Shown: in pieces, positions 8,422 to 16,175 of the stretch | Layout of the letters: every line of letters starts with the position of its first letter | How positions within the stretch are numbered: position 1 is the first letter of the stretch | Source: a virus | Taxonomy: Duplodnaviria > Caudoviricetes | DNA length: 25,700 nucleotides | Strand: one strand, 5' to 3' | Virus record (IMG/VR): IMGVR_UViG_3300038530_001723 | Coordinates: 1 to 25,700 of that record | The notes under the pieces: generated by a model | What the model saw: the letters and a program-made list of their open reading frames with translations, nothing else | Told to the model about the DNA's origin: nothing | Database searches by the model: none | Program-made: the position numbers and the translations under genes

Positions 8422-10971
8422 ATGCCCCTCCTTATTGAAAAGGATAAGTCAATATCCACAGATATTCTAAGACTCTTTGAAAGAACAAGAGTCGCTTATC
8501 TTTCAGCAAGAACCGACCCGAAGGAATACGGTTCTAAATGGAGAAACGCAGTAAATAGAATTAGAGATTCGTATGAGAGAACAGATGCACTTTCAAATGA
8601 ACTGAAAGATTTTATTGATGAAGACTTGCTAGAAGCAAAAGATGTTTCCGATGTTAGCACTAACAATGCTGAAAAATTGTATGAAGGAATTAAGGCATTA
8701 AGATATTCTTCCGATGAAGTTAGTGACCCTTTCGCTAAAAAATTCAAAGGCAATGTATTAGAGGCGTTATTGGATTCACCCGAACTTATGATTAAGTTTG
8801 TTCACTATGCCATTAGAGAGGATAACAAAGCATTGCCTAAAGAAATATATCAAATAAAAGATATGAAACCGGATGATATTACAGACGGTTTGACAGGATT
8901 AGATTTAGAAGTTGATGATGTTGCACTCTACATCATAGAACATTATGGTGATGGTAAAGACTCTAAAAAAGTAGAATCAAAAGTTAAATCCGCCTTGAGT
9001 ATGTTAGAATTAATATTCTTATCTAAGAACACTAAAGAAGAATGGGCTGATTTAGAAGATATAGATACAGATATGGATGAAGAAAAGGCTAAGAAAGATA
9101 GGAAAAGGGATGACAAACTTATCTTAAAAGAAAAAAAATCGGAAGAAGAAAAAGCAGAAAGTGATTTTGTTATTCCTAATAAGCCAATGTATAGAATATT
9201 TACAATAGAGGATATGAATGAATTAAAGGGCTTTAGCGGAGAATATTATGTTCAGGAAAAATATGATGGAGTTAGAGTTCAGTTGCATAAAATAGATGGT
9301 AATGTAAAAATATTTGATTATCAAAAGAATAATATTTCAGATAAATGTCAAGAGGCTGTTAAGGATTTAAAACAAAAAAGATTTGGAGATTGTATTTTAG
9401 ATGCTTCTTTAGTTTTATTTGATGGTGATGACGCTTTAAAAAGAAAAGATGCCGCAGATTTTTTAGCAGGTAAAAAAGATGGTAAACCTAGAATTCATGT
9501 CTTTGATATTATGAGACACAACGAAGAGAGTCTAATGGAAGACACATTAGAAAATAGAATGCAGATAATGTTTAACAATTACTCCATACATTCTTCTGTT
9601 CCTTTGACATTCCCTTCTAAAAAAGATACTAGAGTTGCTGACAATTTAAAAGATGTGGAAGAATACTCTAAGAAAATAATGGAGATGCCGACAGCAGAAG
9701 GCGTTGTAATCAAAGATTCTACATCTACATATTATCTAGGAACTAAGAAAAACCCTAAGTGGATTAGATGGAAACCCTTTGTTGAATTAGATTTGATTAT
9801 ATTAGATAAAAAGAAAAGCGGTTCTAATTATTCCTACAAACTTGGAGCAGGGCCGGTTGAAGAGGGTGATGAAAAAATAGAGGGAGTAGAATACCTAGAA
9901 GTTGGTAGTGCTATTAATACTAAGATTTCAGCAGAAATCGGAGAAGTAGTTAGAGTCTCAATTGATAAGGTAAGAGAAGTAAAAGGAAAGCCCGTTGTTT
10001 ATTCAGCACAAATAAATGAAATTGCTGAAGGTAGGACTCCGGATAAATTAGTAACTTTACAGATGTTGATTAAAGATAAAAAGAAATCTCTAAATTATAA
10101 TGTAGAAGAAGTAGAAAAAGGAATCGTGGTTACTGACCATATTCACGGTGAGGCTAGCATTATAATTAAGAGCGATATGGATGGTTTTACTATCTATGGA
10201 TTTGAAGAAAATAATCTAATGGCTAAGAACGCCTTAATGGATTTAGACTTGTGGAAAGAACAGGCAGAAGAAATAATGAAAACTAAACAGTCTAAACTTA
10301 CTGTTGCTATATTTAATTTCTTAAAAGAAAAAGGCGCACAGCCTCCTAAAGCAGTTCATAACTTCTTAGTTAAGAATCACAAAAAGAAATATCAAGACAT
10401 ACTAGAGAGCAAAGAAAGTAGAGTTAAAGATTGGTTTGAAAATAGAGATGGAATATCCTTTGACACTAAAACAAAAAAGTTGTTTGCTGAACATGATAAA
10501 ATATTGATGGACACTATCAAAAAAGAATATAAAACTCCCGAGAAATATAGAAGTGGTGAGTTTAAAATATACCTTAGAGATGATGATAACTTAAACATAG
10601 TAATGAAGTTAGATGATGAGAGCATTAACTGGATGGTTAGATTAGATTCACAAGATGATGTCTTTGAACTCTTTGGTAAGGCAGGTAAATTTCCTGCTAT
10701 TGTCGCTAAGAACATATCTAAGCGCAAATTGATTGATAGTGGTAATGTTAAGTTAGGTGTTCAAAAGGAAGGCTATCATGAGTATTTCTTAGATGGTAAT
10801 AAGTTTGAAACTAAACTTCATGTTAGAATGCTTGAAGTTAAAGGAAAAAGAATGTGGTTAGCATGGACAGGCTATGAACAGAAACCTGCTGATACTGACT
10901 CGGATAGGGGCTTATGGAATATTTACGAAGATAAATACAGTAGTCTTAAATTACCTCCGAAAGAGGACTAA
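8422..10971 (+). CDS. ATP-dependent DNA ligase-like multidomain protein with a degenerate LigD phosphoesterase-like C-terminal domain
   Basis: Motif I QEKYDGVR, III ILDAS, IIIa HVFDIM, IV EGVVIK, V WIRWKP, then OB-fold-like ELDLIIL...EVGSA. ATG 8422 chosen because of the GAGGT SD at 8410-8414. Confidence 0.85.
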   Translation: MPLLIEKDKSISTDILRLFERTRVAYLSARTDPKEYGSKWRNAVNRIRDSYERTDALSNELKDFIDEDLLEAKDVSDVSTNNAEKLYEGIKALRYSSDEVSDPFAKKFKGNVLEALLDSPELMIKFVHYAIREDNKALPKEIYQIKDMKPDDITDGLTGLDLEVDDVALYIIEHYGDGKDSKKVESKVKSALSMLELIFLSKNTKEEWADLEDIDTDMDEEKAKKDRKRDDKLILKEKKSEEEKAESDFVIPNKPMYRIFTIEDMNELKGFSGEYYVQEKYDGVRVQLHKIDGNVKIFDYQKNNISDKCQEAVKDLKQKRFGDCILDASLVLFDGDDALKRKDAADFLAGKKDGKPRIHVFDIMRHNEESLMEDTLENRMQIMFNNYSIHSSVPLTFPSKKDTRVADNLKDVEEYSKKIMEMPTAEGVVIKDSTSTYYLGTKKNPKWIRWKPFVELDLIILDKKKSGSNYSYKLGAGPVEEGDEKIEGVEYLEVGSAINTKISAEIGEVVRVSIDKVREVKGKPVVYSAQINEIAEGRTPDKLVTLQMLIKDKKKSLNYNVEEVEKGIVVTDHIHGEASIIIKSDMDGFTIYGFEENNLMAKNALMDLDLWKEQAEEIMKTKQSKLTVAIFNFLKEKGAQPPKAVHNFLVKNHKKKYQDILESKESRVKDWFENRDGISFDTKTKKLFAEHDKILMDTIKKEYKTPEKYRSGEFKIYLRDDDNLNIVMKLDDESINWMVRLDSQDDVFELFGKAGKFPAIVAKNISKRKLIDSGNVKLGVQKEGYHEYFLDGNKFETKLHVRMLEVKGKRMWLAWTGYEQKPADTDSDRGLWNIYEDKYSSLKLPPKED

Positions 10972-10991
10972 TTGTTTAAAATGACCGTGTG

Positions 10992-11002
10992 TATTATATA
11001 TT
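10992..11002 (+). promoter_or_regulatory. Putative archaeal TATA box for the protease-capsid transcript
   Basis: TATTATATATT in one of the few intergenic gaps, about 30 nt upstream of ATG 11031, which has no SD. This fits a leaderless archaeal mRNA. Confidence 0.5.
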
Positions 11003-11030
11003 AAAAGAAAATTTTTTCCTTTTGAGCGCA

Positions 11031-12302
11031 ATGTCATCGGCAGTTCTAGCAACTAGAAATGATGGGTTTACCATTCTTAAGGCTAGAAGTGACGACTTAA
11101 TGATTGGTGGCTATGCTAGTATTGAAATCGTAGATAAGCAAAATGATTTAATCACATTACCTGCTTTGAAGGAAGCAGTTGCTAAATTTATGGGAGATAC
11201 TAAATTTAGAAATGTTATGACAAATCATTCTAATGTTCAAGTTGGAGAAGTTGTAGATTCTTATAGAGACAAAACAGGAAGGCTTTGGAAATCAGAAGTA
11301 GATGATGTTGGTTTCTTTGTAGTAATTAAACTACGAGATGATATAGAGAAAGCCAAAGAAGTTGGCAGAAATATTCGCAAAGGGTCGTTGAGGTCTTTTA
11401 GCATAGGAGGTCAAGCCCTCCAAAAAGTAAAGAAAAGTAATGAAAACTTGGGTGAGTATAATGAAATCAGCAAGTTAGAATTGCATGAAATTACTATATG
11501 CGAAAAAGGAATTAATCCCGAAGCGAGATTTGATATTTTGAAACAAGATACAGGAGACAAAAATATGAGTAATAAACTGGAAAAGGCTCTAGCAGAACTA
11601 GACATTTTGCTAGAAGAAGTAAATACGCTTCGTAAAGAAGAAGAGATGCAGGATGAAAAAGGAATGCATGAAGATGAAAAGGGTATGCATGGTGAAGAAA
11701 AAGGCATGTATAAAGATGACGAAATGATGGATGAAATGATGGAGCGTCAAGATATACCTACCGATGAGTTGGAAATGGAAGATGATGAAGATGAAAAGGG
11801 CATGGGCGAATATCAAGATGATGAAGCCAAGGCATATGTAAGAACTCTTGATGGTGCTGGAAACCAAATTGGAGAACCTGCTGACCGTATCGTTATTAGT
11901 GGTGGTAAGCCAACTGCTTCCGACATGCCTGTTGTAAAGGCATTTGACAACGGAGAGTTTGATACTCTTGATTTGTCTGTTGGAAACATTGAGAAAGCAT
12001 ATGAGGCTTTCCGACAAGAGCAACTTGAAGCACTTGCTTACGACAACCTAAAGAAGTCTTTTGAAGCAAGATTCGCAAGAGAAGTTTCACAAAGAGAAGA
12101 TGTTATCGCAAAGCAAAACTATGATGCACAAAGCGAGATTGCTTCTCTTAAGGATGAATTTACCCAACTAAGGAAATCTTTGACAGCAGAAAAGGAAACT
12201 ATCCTAAAGGCTCAACAAGAATCCGCAATTAAACTCCCAAGCATGGATGAGATGGCTGAAATGGATTGGTCGGACATTCACAAAATGGTAGGAGGAATTT
12301 AA
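11031..12302 (+). CDS. HK97-family prohead protease fused to an acidic/coiled-coil scaffolding domain
   Basis: GGYASIEIVDKQNDLI, catalytic-type His in NHSNVQVG, Ser in RSFSIGG, LHEITICEKGINPEA. The C-terminal half is D/E-rich and coiled-coil. Directly upstream of the MCP. ATG 11031 preferred to GTG 10989. Confidence 0.9.
   Translation: MSSAVLATRNDGFTILKARSDDLMIGGYASIEIVDKQNDLITLPALKEAVAKFMGDTKFRNVMTNHSNVQVGEVVDSYRDKTGRLWKSEVDDVGFFVVIKLRDDIEKAKEVGRNIRKGSLRSFSIGGQALQKVKKSNENLGEYNEISKLELHEITICEKGINPEARFDILKQDTGDKNMSNKLEKALAELDILLEEVNTLRKEEEMQDEKGMHEDEKGMHGEEKGMYKDDEMMDEMMERQDIPTDELEMEDDEDEKGMGEYQDDEAKAYVRTLDGAGNQIGEPADRIVISGGKPTASDMPVVKAFDNGEFDTLDLSVGNIEKAYEAFRQEQLEALAYDNLKKSFEARFAREVSQREDVIAKQNYDAQSEIASLKDEFTQLRKSLTAEKETILKAQQESAIKLPSMDEMAEMDWSDIHKMVGGI
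11652..11714 (+). repeat. Three degenerate 21-nt coding repeats (DEKGMHE/DEKGMHG/EEKGMYK) in the scaffold domain
   Basis: Visible in DNA and protein; a fourth DEKGMGE copy lies near 11790. Confidence 0.85.
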
Positions 12303-12303
12303 G

Positions 12304-13641
12304 ATGACAGGTTATATTAACACAATCGCAGATTTAGAAGCAAGCACATATGGAATAAGCAATCTACCTGCCGGTAACGCTCTTTTGAAGCAAGCCGGTG
12401 CTATTGGTGGAATACACACAGGACATGATGGTTCTCCGGCATTTTCCGGTAGTGCTGTTAGTGATGTATCAGCACTTTACAATATTGTTTATGGACAAAA
12501 AGTATGGTCAATGTTGAATAGAGAAGTCAATGCTCTTTCAATGATTTCAAAGAGACCATATTCCTCTAGTGGATGGAGAGTTCTACAATCACGACCTGCC
12601 GGTGGAAGCGGTAACTTGTTTACTGTTGATACAAGCGGAACTCAAAGTTTAGCAGAACTAGGTTCGGATAGTCCAAGAGCAGACCTTATTGGTGGTGTTC
12701 CTGAAAATGCAGGACTTTCAACTGCGGCTGATGGACTTGGCCCGATTGCACCAACTTATGCACAACTCAACATGAGTCCTAAAGTAGTTGCACACCAATT
12801 TGATTTCAGTGAACTTGCTATGGAAATGGCACAAATTGATGATGGTATTGGCGATATTAGAGCGCAAATGCGTGAAGATATGGGTAAGCATCACGCTGAA
12901 GTTCAAAACAAAATGTTGGTTATGCCACTAGAACATTATGGTGAATCATCCGCTATGCCAAATATCGGAAACAACTATACTTCTCTAAACAAGGTCATTA
13001 CCTCAAGAGCAGAACTTCTAGCAATTGATGGTGGTGTTATTGCTACTGATACAACTTCCGCTTCTAACGCTCTAGGAAAAATTTACGGTAGAGAGAGATT
13101 CAGTGCCGCTTCTTTCCTAGATGCAGAAGTAGACTTTGGTAGTGGTTATGCGTCAGGAGATGTCCGTTCACTAACTCTAACAAGACTAAATGATATGATT
13201 AGGAATCTAAGACTAGCCGGTGGTTCTCCAAAGGTTATTCTAACAGGTTATGATACTATTCAAGCGATTGCTGACTTGCTACAAAGCCAAGAAAGATTCA
13301 TGGACAGAAAGGAGATTGTTCCAACTGTAAATGGTGTTCGTGGTGTAAAGGGTCAAGAAGTTGGATTTAGAGTTGCTACTTACTATGATTTGCCACTTAT
13401 TCCTGTAAAGGATATGGCTCAAACTGGTAGTGCTTCTACTAAACTAAGTGATTTACTATTCCTTGATACTGACCACTTGTGGCTATCCGTTATGAAGCCA
13501 ACTCAATACTTTGAAGATGGTATTGCTAACGGAAATCCATTCGGTGTTGGAACTCTAGGTAACAGGGCATTATACCGAACAATTGGTGAAGTAGGATGTT
13601 CATTCTTTAGAGGACAAGGAAAGATAACAAACATACAATGA
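12304..13641 (+). CDS. Major capsid protein (HK97 fold)
   Basis: 445 aa right after the protease, GGAGG SD. Segments YGQKVWSMLNRE, PKVVAHQFDFSE, PKVILTGYDT, YYDLPLIP, LLFLDTDHL are of the archaeal tailed-virus capsid type. Confidence 0.9.
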   Translation: MTGYINTIADLEASTYGISNLPAGNALLKQAGAIGGIHTGHDGSPAFSGSAVSDVSALYNIVYGQKVWSMLNREVNALSMISKRPYSSSGWRVLQSRPAGGSGNLFTVDTSGTQSLAELGSDSPRADLIGGVPENAGLSTAADGLGPIAPTYAQLNMSPKVVAHQFDFSELAMEMAQIDDGIGDIRAQMREDMGKHHAEVQNKMLVMPLEHYGESSAMPNIGNNYTSLNKVITSRAELLAIDGGVIATDTTSASNALGKIYGRERFSAASFLDAEVDFGSGYASGDVRSLTLTRLNDMIRNLRLAGGSPKVILTGYDTIQAIADLLQSQERFMDRKEIVPTVNGVRGVKGQEVGFRVATYYDLPLIPVKDMAQTGSASTKLSDLLFLDTDHLWLSVMKPTQYFEDGIANGNPFGVGTLGNRALYRTIGEVGCSFFRGQGKITNIQ

Positions 13642-13652
13642 GGTGAAGAAAT

Positions 13653-13919
13653 ATGGCATTTAGTTTTACAATAGAAAATGAGCAAATATTAGAAGGAAAC
13701 ATGAAGATTGTCTACGGAACATGGAATGCGGCTTCGGTTACAGGTGGAGACATCCAAACCGGACTAAACCGTGTAGATGTCTGTATACTAGGACATACTG
13801 GTTCAGCAACAGAAGCGGCAGTAGCAGTTGTTAATGAAACACTACCTTTGGCTAGTGGTGATGTAACAATTGTTTGTTCAAGTAGCGATACAGGAACTTT
13901 CATGGCAATTGGACAGTAA
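13653..13919 (+). CDS. Small beta-rich virion protein, probable capsid decoration/cement protein
   Basis: 88 aa rich in T/G/S/A/V, immediately after the MCP, GAGGTGA SD. Confidence 0.6.
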   Translation: MAFSFTIENEQILEGNMKIVYGTWNAASVTGGDIQTGLNRVDVCILGHTGSATEAAVAVVNETLPLASGDVTIVCSSSDTGTFMAIGQ

Positions 13920-13930
13920 GGTGGTTAATA

Positions 13931-14293
13931 ATGGCACATACAGTAACATTATTGGCAGACCATAAAGGCGTTGCTAGGCCAAAGGTTAGCGGTGATGAAT
14001 ATGTCGTTGATGCAGTTATTGATATTACAACTTATGTTAATGGACTAAACGGTGGTAACATTATTACTGCTGAATCTTTAGGGCTATCTACAATTACTTC
14101 TGCACACATTACAGGTCAAGAGAGCATAACTTTTACTGGAATAATTATGTGTTCAGCCGGAACTGGTGCATATAGTAGCAGTTCTCAATTTGTTCTACTG
14201 GTTCAAGAATTGCTACAAGCAACTCCGGCAGAAGAATCAAACGGTGATACAACTACATATTCGTTTAGAGTAAGAGTTTACGGAAACCTTTGA
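13931..14293 (+). CDS. Small beta-rich virion protein, probable capsid decoration protein
   Basis: 120 aa. GGNIITAESLGLSTI and terminal FRVRVYGNL echo GGDIQTGLNRV and FMAIGQ of the previous gene. Confidence 0.6.
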   Translation: MAHTVTLLADHKGVARPKVSGDEYVVDAVIDITTYVNGLNGGNIITAESLGLSTITSAHITGQESITFTGIIMCSAGTGAYSSSSQFVLLVQELLQATPAEESNGDTTTYSFRVRVYGNL

Positions 14294-14303
14294 GGTGGCT
14301 TGA

Positions 14304-14642
14304 TTGGTAACAGTTAGACTAACTGATGACTCAAAAATTGGTAGGCTTAACATTACACCAAAGCAAGAAATAACAAGGAAAGAAGAAGCGACAGTCTCGG
14401 TAAAATGGGCTGTCCTTCGTCTTTCCGACCCAAATTATTTCTTTACTTTTGGTGAAGCAGACCGTGAAGAGTTATTAGCACTAGATGAGAAACTTGTTTT
14501 ATTGGGCTGTAAAGAAACTGGTCAAGATATTTCTACTGTTAAGGAATTAGCAGACGAACTTCTACCTAAAAAGGCAAAGGCAAAACCTAAACCCAAACCT
14601 AAACCAAGAGCAAAAACTTCTTCTAAAGCAAAGAAACAGTAA
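14304..14642 (+). CDS. Hypothetical protein with a basic KP-repeat tail
   Basis: 112 aa, TTG start after GAGGTGG. C-terminus KKAKAKPKPKPKPRAK. Confidence 0.7.
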   Translation: MVTVRLTDDSKIGRLNITPKQEITRKEEATVSVKWAVLRLSDPNYFFTFGEADREELLALDEKLVLLGCKETGQDISTVKELADELLPKKAKAKPKPKPKPRAKTSSKAKKQ

Positions 14643-14694
14643 TCGCTACATTAAATAGGTGGAGTCTATCTCCATCAATTGAACAGGTGAGAGT

Positions 14695-15000
14695 ATGGTA
14701 GGCATAGGCGGTTGTAGAAGCAGTGGTGTATTAGGAGCAAGTGCGGTTGTAAGCAATGAAGGTGCTAAGTTGATTAGCATTCATGCGGCAATTACAATTG
14801 CAGGTGGTGACGCAGTTACCGTTAAAGTTTTCAATGGAACAGATAATACGGGAACTGAAGTAGCAAGAATACATCACAGTTCTACAGGGCATTATAATCT
14901 TGAATATGACATGCATGGTGTTTTGTGTAGGAATGGAATATTCCTAGAAATAACTGAAGCAGGAAGTTCAACGGCCAACATCTCCGTAGAGTTCAATTGA
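14695..15000 (+). CDS. Small beta-sandwich-like protein, probably structural
   Basis: 101 aa, AGGTGA SD, alternating hydrophobic beta-strand pattern. Confidence 0.6.
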   Translation: MVGIGGCRSSGVLGASAVVSNEGAKLISIHAAITIAGGDAVTVKVFNGTDNTGTEVARIHHSSTGHYNLEYDMHGVLCRNGIFLEITEAGSSTANISVEFN

Positions 15001-15009
15001 GGTTTTATT

Positions 15010-15417
15010 ATGGCGGCACTAAGTCAAGATACAAGGTTAATTATGACAATTTTATTTGTCGGAACGGTTAGCGGAGCGAATGTGTATTTCTATTCCTCGT
15101 ATGGTTTAAGTTTTCCATATGGGCCATTAGCACATTCTGTTTTATTTGGACTTATTACAGTAGGAGCAATCATGGTTATGAAAGCACTATTTGACTTATC
15201 ATTAAACGACAAGATTGAGATTAGATTGTTAGATAGACAGATAGAAAATCACTTTCAAAGACTACAAAGAGAAGAACAAATCAAGGCTAAACTTCAAGAA
15301 AGCATGAAGCAGTTTGGAACAGTAAGGCGTGAAAATTGGCGCAGTAATGTTATGGCGGCTGAAGAATACGACGACAACACAATAGGAAATGAATTCTTAG
15401 CGACTATACAACAATAG
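15010..15417 (+). CDS. Membrane protein (two TM helices plus C-terminal coiled coil)
   Basis: Hydrophobic LIMTILFVGTVSGANVYFY and LAHSVLFGLITVGAIMVMKALF, then a Q/E/R-rich helix. GAGGT SD. Confidence 0.78.
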   Translation: MAALSQDTRLIMTILFVGTVSGANVYFYSSYGLSFPYGPLAHSVLFGLITVGAIMVMKALFDLSLNDKIEIRLLDRQIENHFQRLQREEQIKAKLQESMKQFGTVRRENWRSNVMAAEEYDDNTIGNEFLATIQQ

Positions 15418-15428
15418 GTTGTGATGGT

Positions 15429-15647
15429 TTGGTCTTTGGCGACATAATGGGCTTTAGTGAGTCCGACTATGTGTATAATCAAAGTCGGGCGCATTCGGCA
15501 GATATGTTCTTCATAAAAATGAAGATGTATTTTTGGGGTTCTTGTGCGGCACTGTCAGCCTTTTTGATAGGTAATATCATGGGAGTCTTTGACATCAATA
15601 TAATGGGTTGGATTATAGAGAGGGCTAAGGATATTTGGGGGCATTAG
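15429..15647 (+). CDS. Small membrane protein
   Basis: 72 aa (alternative ATG 15447). Hydrophobic YFWGSCAALSAFLIGNIMGVFDINIMGWII. Confidence 0.72.
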   Translation: MVFGDIMGFSESDYVYNQSRAHSADMFFIKMKMYFWGSCAALSAFLIGNIMGVFDINIMGWIIERAKDIWGH

Positions 15648-15648
15648 T

Positions 15649-16170
15649 TTGTGGAAAGATATTCTAAAAGCACCTTACAAAATACAATCAAAAAATTATG
15701 TTAATACTTATAGTAAGTTGTTTCAAGGAACACAGGGAAAAGAAGATACTCGATATTGGACTCCTTCTTTAGATGAAGCATTAATTTATGCTTTTTTTGG
15801 TTCTAAAATTTATTCAATAAAAGATGAAGGAAAACCCATGATAAAGCAAGCCTTGAAAACGAATAAAGAAAAACGGCTAGAAGGCGATAGAGAATACACC
15901 GTTAATAGAAACATAAGAAATAAAAAAGAAATGGGGATGCCTAGAGGTATTTCTTACGATGGAGATATAGAATATAAGTATCTACCCGACAAAGTAGTAA
16001 AAAAGAAAGCGACGGAGTTAATGAATTTAATAGATGACGCAACAGAATATGACTATCCTAAAATTACAGGGTATTTTAGAAGTGCGGCAGGGATGGAACT
16101 ATCGCTAGATGAAGATGTAATGGAAACAAAAGAGCATATTAAAAAAATGTTAGAAAAATATTTTGGGTGA
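15649..16170 (+). CDS. Hypothetical protein with MWKDILKA leader and possible ADP-ribosyltransferase-like fold
   Basis: TTG start after GGGGG. KLFQGT...RYWTPSLDEALIYA resembles the LYHGT...YFT....A..YA core of H-Y-class ART folds. The fold call is tentative. Confidence 0.55.
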   Translation: MWKDILKAPYKIQSKNYVNTYSKLFQGTQGKEDTRYWTPSLDEALIYAFFGSKIYSIKDEGKPMIKQALKTNKEKRLEGDREYTVNRNIRNKKEMGMPRGISYDGDIEYKYLPDKVVKKKATELMNLIDDATEYDYPKITGYFRSAAGMELSLDEDVMETKEHIKKMLEKYFG

Positions 16171-16175
16171 ATAAA

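Noticed and set aside
11652-11714. Tandem repeats as a CRISPR-like array
   Set aside because: In-frame coding repeats with wobble variation and no spacers.
14583-14606. AAACCN x4 hexamer repeat
   Set aside because: It simply encodes a KPKPKPKP low-complexity tail.
14651-14676. TTAAATA plus short TGGAG/CTCCA hairpin before ORF 14695
   Set aside because: Could be a promoter or processing signal, but the stem is short with no U-tract; too weak to call.
15010-15647. Membrane protein pair as holin/spanin lysis cassette
   Set aside because: No endolysin or lipoprotein signal nearby and no specific holin motif; kept only as a hypothesis within the GTPase module.
15631-16170. Similar ATATTT(T)GGG sequences at both ends of the ART-like gene as a target-site duplication
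   Set aside because: Short, imperfect, AT-rich and explained by SD sequences.
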